The notes under the pieces were generated by a model that made no database searches, had not been told where the DNA came from, and saw only the letters and a program-made list of their open reading frames with translations. This document shows, piece after piece, positions 45,026 to 55,220 of a stretch of DNA of 64,000 nucleotides (positions are counted from its first letter, which is position 1; the number at the start of each line of letters is the position of its first letter). The position numbers were made by a program, and so were the translations under genes. The DNA is taken from positions 62,001-126,000 of IMG/VR virus record IMGVR_UViG_3300031707_000001; one strand, 5' to 3'.

Positions 45026-46495
45026 ATGCCAGTACCAACGTTCAAAGAATCATTGATGAATGCACTGCATTCGTCGGTTCGTTATTTCAATGAAGGGGTA
45101 GATCCGAACCGGGCCGTTATCAAAGCGGCACAGGATTTTGATTTCAATCCTGATCAGACTACTCGTTTGGTGGAAACGTTCAACACAGCCCGTACGATCT
45201 ATCATTATAAGAGTGCTGCCGATCGTACACTGCCATTCAGCATTGCTGACTCTGCAGTAGTAATTCCTGCCATTTTCGAGACGAAGAAAACAGCAGAAAA
45301 ACCGTCTCAATCTACGCACGATTATTCGGGATATGAAATTCCTGAAGCCGATTATCGTGACAGTACGATGATCAAGGCTTCCGTTGGTGTGAATGATGTT
45401 GATATCCCTGCACCTCGTGAATATCTCGATACCAACCTGAACTCACAGGGCATTCGAGCCATGGAGATGATCCGGACACAGCGCAAACTGGCGGAAGCAG
45501 CCCGTGATGAATCTAGGGTCCATGCTACCAAGGCAGCCACAATTTTCACAGCCGTGGCTAATGAACTGTCCCGGGGCTACGAAGAACAATGCCAGGATAA
45601 GTACAACCGTCTGGTTGGCGGTTACCAGAAATATGCATCCAAAGACATGGTAGAGTTCTGGAACCCAGTATTGACCAAGCTGGGTGAATTCATGCCCAAG
45701 TGGATGGTCAAAGGCGCCGAGGCCGTAAAAGAGGAAACGGTATATGATGATCGTGATCTTACGGCGTATACGGACTTGTTGAAAGAAGCCAAGGGGCTTA
45801 TGGAGATCGAAGCTGAAATGTTGGCCGTGGCCAGTGTCCTGGAAAAGGAAGCTTCTGATTTCGAACGGGAATGGATGGAAGCAATTGCTCCCGTTCTGCC
45901 AAAGGTGACTAAGAAGGAGGCCGCCTCCCTCACGGATTTTATTGATTCTCGTCTGCTGAAGGCGGCAGACGAGACTGTTTCTACCGAACGTGATACCCAA
46001 AGTTGGTTGACGGGTGAACCGGTCAAGATCAAGACGCAGAAGACGACAGGTAAGCCCAGTGATTCCGTGGTAGGCAAGGCAATGACTGAAGCTGTTACTG
46101 AACCTGTATCCGGTATGGTAGGCACGGGCATTGATTCTGCTTTGCGGAGTATAGTGATGGCGCCCTCCAAGAAACAGAATGTACAGTTGTCTGAACGTCT
46201 AAAGAACGTGCAGCGCCAGCTCATACTTGAAGATTTGATGACCAATGATCCAGTATTGAGCGAAGAGAATCCCGAGACCGTATCACAGGCGTATTCAGCT
46301 GTGCTGAACATGGCGCCGGAGCTGTCTGCCAATAAGGAAATTGTGCGGGCCATTCTTCGCCAGGCCGTTCATTCCGTGGCTATCAGCCCATTCGAAGCTG
46401 AGACCTGGACCAAGCTGGAACAGAATATTCGCAACATAGCCGGGAAGACAGATGTTCGTGGCCGGCCGATAGAAACTGGGGGAGAACGCAAATGA
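45026..46495 (+). CDS. putative head structural protein
   Basis: AV.KAAQDFDFNPDQTTRLVETFN N-terminus; KSA/KTA/KEA/KAA motifs. Confidence 0.65.
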   Translation: MPVPTFKESLMNALHSSVRYFNEGVDPNRAVIKAAQDFDFNPDQTTRLVETFNTARTIYHYKSAADRTLPFSIADSAVVIPAIFETKKTAEKPSQSTHDYSGYEIPEADYRDSTMIKASVGVNDVDIPAPREYLDTNLNSQGIRAMEMIRTQRKLAEAARDESRVHATKAATIFTAVANELSRGYEEQCQDKYNRLVGGYQKYASKDMVEFWNPVLTKLGEFMPKWMVKGAEAVKEETVYDDRDLTAYTDLLKEAKGLMEIEAEMLAVASVLEKEASDFEREWMEAIAPVLPKVTKKEAASLTDFIDSRLLKAADETVSTERDTQSWLTGEPVKIKTQKTTGKPSDSVVGKAMTEAVTEPVSGMVGTGIDSALRSIVMAPSKKQNVQLSERLKNVQRQLILEDLMTNDPVLSEENPETVSQAYSAVLNMAPELSANKEIVRAILRQAVHSVAISPFEAETWTKLEQNIRNIAGKTDVRGRPIETGGERK

Positions 46496-46851
46496 AGATT
46501 CGCACCTTTTACAGACTTGAAAACGATGTTTACTCCGTGAGTATCTATACTCAGGATTGGAGTGAGGGAGATAAGAATTTGATGCAGGAGTTTGGTGAAC
46601 CTCAGATCGATCTTGGTGGTACCTTTGGTACAGGACCTAACACCTTCACATTACCCAATCGTTTGGCAAGTATTCTTACCAACAGCCCGTTTACCCAGAA
46701 TTTTGATTCTCGTGATTATCCGACAACTCCGACAGCCGAGGATTGTGCTAATACGTGGGCGACAACAATTGCATCCAGATTAGCGTCTGCTGTTACAACT
46801 CTTCGTGCCAACGTTGACGACTATAGTCGGGAAACTGTGGAGACAGTCTGA
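46492..46851 (+). CDS. putative virion protein
   Basis: Coupled ORF in the head cluster. Confidence 0.6.
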   Translation: MKIRTFYRLENDVYSVSIYTQDWSEGDKNLMQEFGEPQIDLGGTFGTGPNTFTLPNRLASILTNSPFTQNFDSRDYPTTPTAEDCANTWATTIASRLASAVTTLRANVDDYSRETVETV

Positions 46852-47762
46852 TGAAAGAAAAATCTGCTCAAGACTTCATGGAATCTATGCGCCGTGGCGT
46901 ATCGCAGGTTCCTGGTATGGCTTCCCAGGCTGGCGGGGCCATAAAGGATTGGTACAAGAATTTGAATCCAGATGCCCGCAATGCTGTCATGCGTGGTTTG
47001 ATGGGTGCTGGCATTGGTGCGGGGGTGACAGGCGGACTTTCTGCTTTGTCCCCACACGATCCCGAAGAAAAACGGCCTATAATGGGCCCGGCATTGATAG
47101 GTGCTTTGATGGGCGGCGGCGCCGCAGCCGGCATACCTTATGGCTTGAAACTACTGGCCAATAAGGCGCAGTTGCCTGGGGAAGAAAGCCGTCCGCTTGG
47201 GGCAAACATACTCGAAAAAGCAACAGGGCCTATTTTTACCCATCCTGCAACAACAGCCGGAGCCGCACTCGGAGGTGGAGCTCTTTATGCAGCCGGAAGA
47301 AAAGTCAAAGGTGAAAAACCAGGAACATACGTTCAGAGTGAATTGGGAAGAACGTGGGAATCAACTAAGGCACCTGTTGTTTCCAAACCTTCAATAGTCG
47401 AGTTGGCAAATAAGCTTAAGACTATGTATCACGGGGAAAAGGGGGAATTGGAAACTATGTGGGAATTGGCTTCTCGTTCCCCATCCGAATTGTTATCGTT
47501 GACTGTGCACGAAGATCCTACAATAAGAAATGTTGCCAAAACTATACTGTCGAATAAGGCTAAGCAATTGGCAAATCCTCAGACCTATACATCAGCGGCT
47601 AGGAAAGCACCCGGACAAATAACTCGGGGAGCGTTGGATTTGACTCGACGAATTAGGGATACCTGGAGGGCTAAGCCCGCAGGTAGAGCGTCCATGTTGG
47701 CGATTCCTGGAGGTATGGCCGCAGGAGCACTTCTGGATAGATATCTCAAAGGAGAATACTAA
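46851..47762 (+). CDS. Gly/Ala-rich amphipathic virion protein
   Basis: KSA at the N-terminus; glycine-zipper segments. Confidence 0.6.
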   Translation: MKEKSAQDFMESMRRGVSQVPGMASQAGGAIKDWYKNLNPDARNAVMRGLMGAGIGAGVTGGLSALSPHDPEEKRPIMGPALIGALMGGGAAAGIPYGLKLLANKAQLPGEESRPLGANILEKATGPIFTHPATTAGAALGGGALYAAGRKVKGEKPGTYVQSELGRTWESTKAPVVSKPSIVELANKLKTMYHGEKGELETMWELASRSPSELLSLTVHEDPTIRNVAKTILSNKAKQLANPQTYTSAARKAPGQITRGALDLTRRIRDTWRAKPAGRASMLAIPGGMAAGALLDRYLKGEY

Positions 47763-49183
47763 TGATTAAGTTGATTTACTCATCGGCGTTTGACACAACC
47801 GTGGACGTTGGTATGCGGTTGATTGAGGATCCTAGACAACTTAGCAAGTCTGCTTCAACAGTGTTTGATTGTGACTATGATACGATAAAGCCCGATAAGG
47901 ATCACCTGGGGATTCATTTGGTGGCCTTGGGTGACTTCGAGCACTATGGTATCAATCGCAATGGGGACGGATTCCCGAAAGCAGCATGCGCTAAGTATCA
48001 CGATACGTTTGTAAAGAATGGCGCTCTTTTCCGTCATCACCGCAATAAGGATCGTGAAGCCCGTTTGGGACAAGTCGTAAAGTCAGCTTACAATGAGCCA
48101 ATGGGACGCATCGAATTGTTCATTCATGCACATAAGGAAAAGGCTCGTGATGAATTGCAGAAGCTGGCGACTGAGGGTGATATCCCATTCAGCATGGCTT
48201 GCAAAGTAGCTTTTGATCGGTGTACAGTATGTAACACACTTCGGAAATCCTCAAAAGATCCAGATCAGTGCGAACACGTACTCATGAATTTAGGTAAGGT
48301 GGCCGACGACGGCAAAGTGACTGGCACCCAAAACGATGAACCTAACTTCTTTGACATCAGTTTCGTAACACGGCCGGCTGACCGGATTGCGTGGCATCTA
48401 AAGGCCGCATCCAACGAGATCATTGATTCAGTAAAACTGGCAGAAGCAGAAGGAATCTGGGTGCCAGATCACCTCGTCATTGTATCCCCGGAAGCACAGG
48501 ACAAGTTGGAACTGTTGAAGAAGTTGGCTGAGGAAGAACTCCACTATAAAGGCAGGGTTTGTGGTTGGATTGGTGCCACTGCCCGTCAACGCTACGATTG
48601 GGAGCTTCGAAAGGCAGCATCAACTCCAATGGATGACAAGTTGATTGAGGAATTACGTAAGCATGAACCCAAAGACGTCTTTTACAAATTGGCGTCAAAG
48701 GGCATCATCATGGATGTACGTTCTTTCTTTAAGTATGCCATGGGTTTGGATTTTGGTGATATCGCCGGATATGTGGATCAGGTACAGAAGCGAGCAGGAG
48801 GCGTATATACCCGAATGGTTGAATCCGGCCGTTGTCAGGAAGCATGCAACGATCGATTATTCGATGTTGATGTTTCTACCGGCGGTAACGACGTGCCGTC
48901 TATTACGACCAAAATAGCAGAGGAACTTACATTAGTTGGTCCTTGTATGGAACAACGCATTATCGAAACAACGATTAAGTATGGTGAAGAATTCAAACCA
49001 CAGATAGTGGTTGACACGAAACACGAAATAGAGTCTAATGATACTTTGACGGTAGATGCATTGGCTGAAAAATATGCTGCCTACAAATTGGCAGCCATTC
49101 AGGCCGTGCGAGCTATCAATAAGAATACTGATACGGATGCGCTGATTGCGATTGCGGCAGCGCAGAACTTGTTCACTAACTAA
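47762..49183 (+). CDS. putative prohead maturation protease with Zn finger
   Basis: NRNGDGFP, LFRHHRNKD, FSMACKV..D.CTVC...C.H, FFDISFV..PAD; directly upstream of scaffold, decoration and capsid genes. Confidence 0.65.
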   Translation: MIKLIYSSAFDTTVDVGMRLIEDPRQLSKSASTVFDCDYDTIKPDKDHLGIHLVALGDFEHYGINRNGDGFPKAACAKYHDTFVKNGALFRHHRNKDREARLGQVVKSAYNEPMGRIELFIHAHKEKARDELQKLATEGDIPFSMACKVAFDRCTVCNTLRKSSKDPDQCEHVLMNLGKVADDGKVTGTQNDEPNFFDISFVTRPADRIAWHLKAASNEIIDSVKLAEAEGIWVPDHLVIVSPEAQDKLELLKKLAEEELHYKGRVCGWIGATARQRYDWELRKAASTPMDDKLIEELRKHEPKDVFYKLASKGIIMDVRSFFKYAMGLDFGDIAGYVDQVQKRAGGVYTRMVESGRCQEACNDRLFDVDVSTGGNDVPSITTKIAEELTLVGPCMEQRIIETTIKYGEEFKPQIVVDTKHEIESNDTLTVDALAEKYAAYKLAAIQAVRAINKNTDTDALIAIAAAQNLFTN

Positions 49184-49196
49184 CGGAGATAGATCC

Positions 49197-50645
49197 ATGT
49201 CAACAATGCAGGAAATTCTCGCTTCTACACGTAAACTTATCGAAGTCAAGAAAGCAGAGTTCAATAGTACTCTGAAGAAGGCTGACGATAAGGCACTGAA
49301 CAACACAGGGGCGGGCGATGATAGCCCAATCACTCGTGGTCATGCGTTGGATGCTACGCAGTCAGCGCTTGAACCTACAAAGAAGCCCTTGATTACTTCT
49401 GATGCTATGACAGCACAGCCTCCTTCGGACGGTAAAGGCACAAAGGCTGATCTGAAGGGCAAGAACGAAGGCAACGTGACAGACCGTGCTGACAAGTTGG
49501 AAGCCGGCGATGCCGTTCTGGAGCCTAAGAAAGAGCCCTTGATTACATCAGATGCAAAGGCCGATCCCGAAGCAGGAGCCTCGGGTCAGACAGCAAAGCA
49601 AGCCACAGCAAAGTTGGCCAATGAGATCCTGAAGGACATTCGGGAATATCAGCAGAAGCAAGCTGCGCCGAAGGCTAAGCAGGACGTGAAAGCGGATGCA
49701 AAAGTAGCTTCGACGAAGAAAGCTGATCCAGATCCGGACCCCGATCCAGATCCCGATCCAGATCCGGACCCTGATCCCGATCCAGATCCGGACCCTGATC
49801 CAGGCAAGGGAAAGAAAGGCAAGAAGGTTGTAAAAGAGGAAGATAAGAAGGAAGCTTCTGGTCCTCAGCTTGAGTTGACAACTGACGTGTTGGCCAAGAT
49901 TGCCTCGATCGTACTTTCTTCTGAAGAAGGTGCACAGTTTGTGGAAGGCCAGCTTGCCAAGGCAGCCGGTGCAGAAGCTGCACAGGAGACTTTGGCTTTT
50001 TTGGCAGAACAGTCCGAACTGGCTGAAAAACAGGCTGCTTTCGAGCAGGGTCAGGCGGACGCCGAAGCATTGATTCAGCAAGCGCTGTATCAGGCCGGTC
50101 GGGAAGCGGGCCAAAAAGAAGCAGCGGCAGCTCAACAGAATAAGTTGATGGCGGGTCTGGGACAGAAAGTTGCCCAGGCAGGCATCGATGAAATGATGGG
50201 CGCTGGTGCTGCTCCTATGGAAGGTGGCGCTGGTGGAGCCGGCGGACCGGATGTTGGCGCCGCAGAACTAGCTGGTGGAGCTGGTGGAGCTGGTGGCGTT
50301 GGTGGAGCCGGCGAAGCTGGTGGGGAAATCACAGAAGAAGATCTGATGATGGCTCTTCAAGCATTGGTGCAGGAAGGCACAATTCAGCCCGAGGAAGCTC
50401 AGGCGGTTGTGGAGGCCTTGACGGGCGGCGGAGCGGGTGGTGAAGCGGCAGGAGCAGCTCCTGCAGCAGCCCCTGAGGCAGCTCCTGCGGAAGCACCAGC
50501 TGCAGTAGGTGGTGCAGAACACGAGGCATCTGAAACTCCTGAAAAGGAAAAGAAAGAAGAGAAGGAATCTTCTGAAAAGTCAGTTGAGAAGAAAGCCGCT
50601 GCTCTTCTGGATGCCATCCGTCAGGTCCGTGCAAGTCGTAAGTAA
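49197..50645 (+). CDS. putative scaffolding protein with (DP)13 repeat
   Basis: Charged, low-complexity helical protein between protease and capsid genes; duplicated LE....LEP.K.PLITSDA. Confidence 0.6.
   Translation: MSTMQEILASTRKLIEVKKAEFNSTLKKADDKALNNTGAGDDSPITRGHALDATQSALEPTKKPLITSDAMTAQPPSDGKGTKADLKGKNEGNVTDRADKLEAGDAVLEPKKEPLITSDAKADPEAGASGQTAKQATAKLANEILKDIREYQQKQAAPKAKQDVKADAKVASTKKADPDPDPDPDPDPDPDPDPDPDPDPDPGKGKKGKKVVKEEDKKEASGPQLELTTDVLAKIASIVLSSEEGAQFVEGQLAKAAGAEAAQETLAFLAEQSELAEKQAAFEQGQADAEALIQQALYQAGREAGQKEAAAAQQNKLMAGLGQKVAQAGIDEMMGAGAAPMEGGAGGAGGPDVGAAELAGGAGGAGGVGGAGEAGGEITEEDLMMALQALVQEGTIQPEEAQAVVEALTGGGAGGEAAGAAPAAAPEAAPAEAPAAVGGAEHEASETPEKEKKEEKESSEKSVEKKAAALLDAIRQVRASRK
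49725..49802 (+). repeat. 13 x 6-bp GAY-CCN coding repeat (Asp-Pro)
   Basis: gat cca gat ccg gac ccc ..., 13 dipeptides counted. Confidence 0.95.
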
Positions 50646-50677
50646 TTGATAGGTCCTACTTAAAGGAGGGCCTAGCT

Positions 50678-51049
50678 ATGGACCAGGATACAAAGGCCAT
50701 TATGACAAAGGTAGCTGCGTACATCGAAAGTACGCAACCTTTGCTTGACAAACAGAACGAAACGAGAGACAATTTTCTTAAAAGGGCACACCAGGTAGCT
50801 GGTGTCCTGGCGAACAGGGGGCTAATCTCCCACGATGCCATCGAGGCATTCGTCGAGAAAGTAGCCTCTGACGAAGGTGAAAACGAGGTCTGGAAACTGG
50901 TGGAAGTGCTGGCCAGCGCAGTAAGACCCGACGAGTTCGGGGCAGTTGCAAAGGTAGCGGCTTCCGGTAAGATCACGGATCCTTTTGAGAGGCTTGTACT
51001 CTTTGGGGATGCGAGAGCTGAAACCAGAGTTTCAGGTATGGTAGACTAA
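50678..51049 (+). CDS. small head-associated protein
   Basis: GGAGG RBS; KVA motifs. Confidence 0.6.
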   Translation: MDQDTKAIMTKVAAYIESTQPLLDKQNETRDNFLKRAHQVAGVLANRGLISHDAIEAFVEKVASDEGENEVWKLVEVLASAVRPDEFGAVAKVAASGKITDPFERLVLFGDARAETRVSGMVD

Positions 51050-51067
51050 CAACTAAGGAGCAAAACC

Positions 51068-51598
51068 ATGGGATGGTTTAATGTACTGAAGGGTGCGTAT
51101 CCCACTTTGCAGCAGATCGACAAGACCTTGGATGTCGGTGCTCGCACGGTAGGAATTGTGCGTGGCTCTCTCATGTATCAAGCCTCCACCAACGTATGGG
51201 CGCTCGCCGGTGCGGGAGACGATTCGGATGCTGAAAAGTATCTGTATTTCGCTCTCCAAGCACAGACAGACCTGGTAGCAGGTATGGCGGGTACCATCGG
51301 ACAGGGTGTGGCTGGTGGCGTAGCCCGGGTAACGGGCCTCGCAGTGGGAATGCCATTCGAGTTCGAAACAGATCAGTTCGTAATGCCGGCTTCGTATTAC
51401 ATCGGTCAGTTGCTGACCGTGGCGAATGGCGGCAAACTGGCCGATCACTCATCGGGGAAGAATTGCGTGGCGCAGGTCACGAAGGCTGTATTCTCCCGTT
51501 ACGTCAACGATGCAGTGGCGGTTACAGGTTGGAGAACTGGTGCCAATGTAAACGTGCTTACAGCACGTACACTTTGGATTCCTAAATTGGTGGCGTAA
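51068..51598 (+). CDS. putative capsid decoration/cement protein
   Basis: 176 aa, beta-rich, immediately upstream of the major capsid gene. Confidence 0.55.
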   Translation: MGWFNVLKGAYPTLQQIDKTLDVGARTVGIVRGSLMYQASTNVWALAGAGDDSDAEKYLYFALQAQTDLVAGMAGTIGQGVAGGVARVTGLAVGMPFEFETDQFVMPASYYIGQLLTVANGGKLADHSSGKNCVAQVTKAVFSRYVNDAVAVTGWRTGANVNVLTARTLWIPKLVA

Positions 51599-51622
51599 GC
51601 CTCTAAAAGGAGTATAGATACA

Positions 51623-52576
51623 ATGGATACACAGAATGTACCAGTATCAGTCATCAATGCGAGAATCCTGGAGCACCTGGATCGTGATGAGGTAAAGAAG
51701 GCTCAGGACGCTGCTACGGATTACACCCGTATGCAAGTCCGTGAAGAGTCTTTTGCCTTCAAGATTCTTCCGCCTGAAAAGGCGACAGACGACATGCTCG
51801 ATAGAGATATCGACGAACGTCTGCGTATCATCTGGGAAAAAGAACCAGACAACCCACCTTCTAAGTGGGTGCCTCTGCAAACGATTCCGGACGGTGAATA
51901 TATCACGGGAAGCCGTTATATCATTCCGTTCGCTCGTGTTCTGACTCCCAAGTTCGTAAAGGACATCGATGAGTTGCGTACTTATCGGTTGGACATCCGC
52001 AAGATTCTGACCGACAACTCGATCAAGGACGCTTTGGCCGAGATCGACAGCAAGTTCATCGCCACGGTCAACTCGATCGTACGGAATACGATGAGTGGTG
52101 GAGCTGGATCGCCTCAGAAAGAGACGAAAAAGGTCCAGTGGATCGACGTGACGGATCCGTTGAATCGTCAGTCCTTTGCGGAAGCAAAGAAAATGCTGCC
52201 TCGTGGCAACGCTAACGGCAAGTACCGTCTGCGCAACTACATCGCTCTGATGAACGATGTAACCGCACAGGACTGGCTGAAGCTTGACAGGTTGGCAGTC
52301 GGCGGTGATCTGGCCCAGGACTTCTTCAAGAACGGTCTGACAACAGATACGTTCTTCGGCGTGAAGGCAATCTTCACGATCAAGGATAACCTGGTTCCAG
52401 ATAACTACGTGTACTTCTTCGCAGCACCGGAATTTCTGGGCAAGTGCTTCTACTTGACAGACTGGACGATGTTCATGAAGAAGGAAGCGTATTTCATCGA
52501 AATGTTCAGCTACTGGCTGGGCGGATTTGCATTCGGTAACATCGCAGGATGTGCCCTTTGCCGGTTCAATCAGTAA
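51623..52576 (+). CDS. major capsid protein (HK97-like fold, inferred)
   Basis: 317 aa, AAAGGAG RBS, C-ending codon bias, follows protease/scaffold/decoration, and is followed by a strong terminator. Confidence 0.7.
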   Translation: MDTQNVPVSVINARILEHLDRDEVKKAQDAATDYTRMQVREESFAFKILPPEKATDDMLDRDIDERLRIIWEKEPDNPPSKWVPLQTIPDGEYITGSRYIIPFARVLTPKFVKDIDELRTYRLDIRKILTDNSIKDALAEIDSKFIATVNSIVRNTMSGGAGSPQKETKKVQWIDVTDPLNRQSFAEAKKMLPRGNANGKYRLRNYIALMNDVTAQDWLKLDRLAVGGDLAQDFFKNGLTTDTFFGVKAIFTIKDNLVPDNYVYFFAAPEFLGKCFYLTDWTMFMKKEAYFIEMFSYWLGGFAFGNIAGCALCRFNQ

Positions 52577-52595
52577 GTACTGGATTCGGTGAAGT

Positions 52596-53306
52596 TCAAA
52601 CACGAATATATCGGGGAGCCAGGACAGCCTGGCTCCCCTTTTTAATCGAAAGCCATGCTTTGAACTTTCCATCCTTCGCTAGAAGGTGATCGATGCTATG
52701 ACAGTTAGGGCAAACAACTTCTATGTTTATTGGATCGTTGTTGCTATGGTTTCGATCTTTATGATGTCGTTCCAAAATTTCAGGATATTTGTCAAAACCG
52801 CAACGGTCACATTCGATCATTTGTGTTCGAGGAACCGTTTTGGCAGGATCTGTTTTTCGAATATACCCTACGAACCGGTGAAGAGATCCACAACGCCGAG
52901 AACAGTATCTATGGGTTTTTCTGGAAGTTGTAAATATCTTATTACAGTATTCACACGTTTTTGTTATGAGTGGTTTTCGCAAGCGTTGAGTTCGGCATTC
53001 TTGACTACAACAGAATTGTTTCGAACTACTAGGAACAGTTGCGAATTGTTTACCACAAACAATACAGTTCTTTGTTATTTTCGTAAGTATCTTTCCACGT
53101 CTGGAAGCAAAACTTGGCCGGGCACAGGCAATAGAACAGAACTTGTTCTTAGATGTAAATTCCTTGTTGCATGTCGGACACCTTTTAGTTATGATGTTCT
53201 TGCGCTTGAAAAGGCCGGCGCACTTTCGTGAACAGGCTCGTTTGTGAGGATGCTTGGAATCCACAAACGGAAGATGACAGGTGATACATAGTTTAGTAGT
53301 TTTCAT
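52596..53306 (-). CDS. free-standing HNH endonuclease, paralogue of 26578-27291
   Basis: CDRCGFDKYPEILERHHKDRNHSNNDPINIEVVCPNCHSIDH; four CxxC..F..CS..C repeats. Confidence 0.85.
   Translation of the reverse strand: MKTTKLCITCHLPFVDSKHPHKRACSRKCAGLFKRKNIITKRCPTCNKEFTSKNKFCSIACARPSFASRRGKILTKITKNCIVCGKQFATVPSSSKQFCCSQECRTQRLRKPLITKTCEYCNKIFTTSRKTHRYCSRRCGSLHRFVGYIRKTDPAKTVPRTQMIECDRCGFDKYPEILERHHKDRNHSNNDPINIEVVCPNCHSIDHLLAKDGKFKAWLSIKKGSQAVLAPRYIRV
52613..52643 (+). terminator. intrinsic terminator after the major capsid gene
   Basis: GGGGAGCCAGG/CCTGGCTCCCC followed by TTTTT. Confidence 0.8.
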
Positions 53307-53323
53307 GATAGGAGATTACCAGT

Positions 53324-53941
53324 ATGCCACTAACAAGTAAAGGTAAAAAGATACTTTCTGCTATGGAGCGCCCGGAATCTGAGGGCGGCTATGGTACTAA
53401 GAAGGGTAAGGAAGTATTCTACGCTTCGCAGAACAAGGGCACCATCGAAGGTACGCACAAGACCAGTGAAGTACACAGCCCACAATGGCTTGAAGGATTT
53501 ACCAAAGCCGCCAACGATTTAGGTCTGACAGATCCGGATCAGGTTGTAGCACTATTGAAGACAGCACAGCGTTTGCACTTCATGCATACGCATCCTGATG
53601 CTTTTGACGCCGGCTATACAGCTGAGATGACAAAGAAGGGAATGAACAAAGAAGCCGGTCCTTGGGGTGCTATGAAGACTTTGGGTCTTTTGGGCGCCGG
53701 CGCAGCGGGCATGGTGGGAGCACAGGCCGCAGGACGTAACATGGGCATACGGCCATTCAATCGTCAGCTTTGGACAGTCGAAGATTTTCAAAATGCTGCA
53801 AAAGAATATCAGGACATTGCCGGCCGAGTACGTCCGCATACGAGTCCGTTTGGAATGATGGGGCAGCAGGGTATGTACGGTGGCCCGAATCGCATGGGTT
53901 ATTTCTCTCCGACCGGCGGCTACTACACCAGTCCATACTAA
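53324..53941 (+). CDS. putative internal head protein (MPLT.KGKKI N-module + leader motif)
   Basis: WLEGFTKAANDLGLTDPDQVVALLKTA; KEA followed by an amphipathic segment. Confidence 0.6.
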   Translation: MPLTSKGKKILSAMERPESEGGYGTKKGKEVFYASQNKGTIEGTHKTSEVHSPQWLEGFTKAANDLGLTDPDQVVALLKTAQRLHFMHTHPDAFDAGYTAEMTKKGMNKEAGPWGAMKTLGLLGAGAAGMVGAQAAGRNMGIRPFNRQLWTVEDFQNAAKEYQDIAGRVRPHTSPFGMMGQQGMYGGPNRMGYFSPTGGYYTSPY

Positions 53942-53955
53942 GCTAAGGTGCAGTC

Positions 53956-54402
53956 ATGGCAGAGCCAGTACCTCTCGGTAACAAGGGGTACATTACCGAG
54001 CTGGATATTCGAATCTGGCTTAGGGATAATGACCCCGATGCCAACAATCTAATCAAGGACTATGAATTTTCGCCCGAGGAAATTCGTACAGCAATGACCT
54101 TGGTTGTAGATCGTTGGAACGATACTCCGCCACACTTAGTCAATCACAACTTTACCATCAATACATTTCCCTATCGCAGTGCGTTTATTCGGGGTACTGC
54201 CGCCAATTTGTTGTTCATTGCTGCCAATCGCTTTCGTAGAAATTCACTGAAGTACAACGTGCCCGGGGGTGTAGTGGCTGATCAAGAGAAGTATCAGGAA
54301 TACGATTCAGCCGGCGAAAGACTGTGGCAGGATTATACACAGTGGATATTCAGCGAAAAGCGGTCGATTAACATGGAAGAAGGATTTGCAGTGGTTCACT
54401 GA
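53956..54402 (+). CDS. putative head-tail adaptor/neck protein
   Basis: Position after the capsid gene; helical 148 aa. Confidence 0.5.
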   Translation: MAEPVPLGNKGYITELDIRIWLRDNDPDANNLIKDYEFSPEEIRTAMTLVVDRWNDTPPHLVNHNFTINTFPYRSAFIRGTAANLLFIAANRFRRNSLKYNVPGGVVADQEKYQEYDSAGERLWQDYTQWIFSEKRSINMEEGFAVVH

Positions 54403-55220
54403 TGAACGACGTGTTCACACAATTCCAAATCCTTCCGGGGTATGCTACCGGTTTTACGTTCACGTGGGCAATTACTCAGTCTCTTACCGATCCATTACCC
54501 TGGAAGTTCTACATTGACGAAGGTCCCTCAAGCGTGGGTCCATGGGACACTATTTCTCCTGCTTTAACCAATCTCTATTCCTGGTTCGACGGCAAGAAGA
54601 GAGTCGTCAACAAGGATCCTGTCCTGTACTTCAGGATAAGACTACAAACACCGAAAAACGAATACATATCCTTCATCAAAACACCGTACGCTGACGTGAC
54701 CCGTCGTGAATACCTTATTGTTCAAGACATCATGCGGCGAGAACTTCTGCAACAAAAAGACATGGCGGCCGTTCCAGGTAAGCTATGGATCAGGGCGACG
54801 TTTGGTCCAAAGTGTCCGTACTGCAAAGATCCGGTGACTGGTGAGGTAACATCGTCGAACTGCAAGTATTGCTTGGGTGTGGGCCGGCTGCCGCCCTTTA
54901 ATGGTCCTTATGACATGTGGGTTACATTCTCGCCCACACAACGAAACTTGGAATTGAAACCGGACGGCACCGGCCTTGCCCAACCTTACACCTGGTACCT
55001 GCGCATCATTGGAACTGTGCTTGCAAAAGATAATGACATCGTTATTGATACTCGATCCGATAAACGGTATATTGTTGATGGGGTAAATAACGAATTGGAG
55101 ATTCGGCGTGTACCTGTGATTCAAATGGCACATGCACGAGAGTTACCGGTAAGTGATCCTCTGTATCGTTTGGGAACCTCTGCACAAAGCGAGGAAGGTT
55201 GCGTTTTAGATAATGTCTGA
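54402..55220 (+). CDS. putative head-closure/neck protein with Zn finger
   Basis: CPYC...CKYCLGVG; D.VID..SDKRY.V; position. Confidence 0.5.
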   Translation: MNDVFTQFQILPGYATGFTFTWAITQSLTDPLPWKFYIDEGPSSVGPWDTISPALTNLYSWFDGKKRVVNKDPVLYFRIRLQTPKNEYISFIKTPYADVTRREYLIVQDIMRRELLQQKDMAAVPGKLWIRATFGPKCPYCKDPVTGEVTSSNCKYCLGVGRLPPFNGPYDMWVTFSPTQRNLELKPDGTGLAQPYTWYLRIIGTVLAKDNDIVIDTRSDKRYIVDGVNNELEIRRVPVIQMAHARELPVSDPLYRLGTSAQSEEGCVLDNV

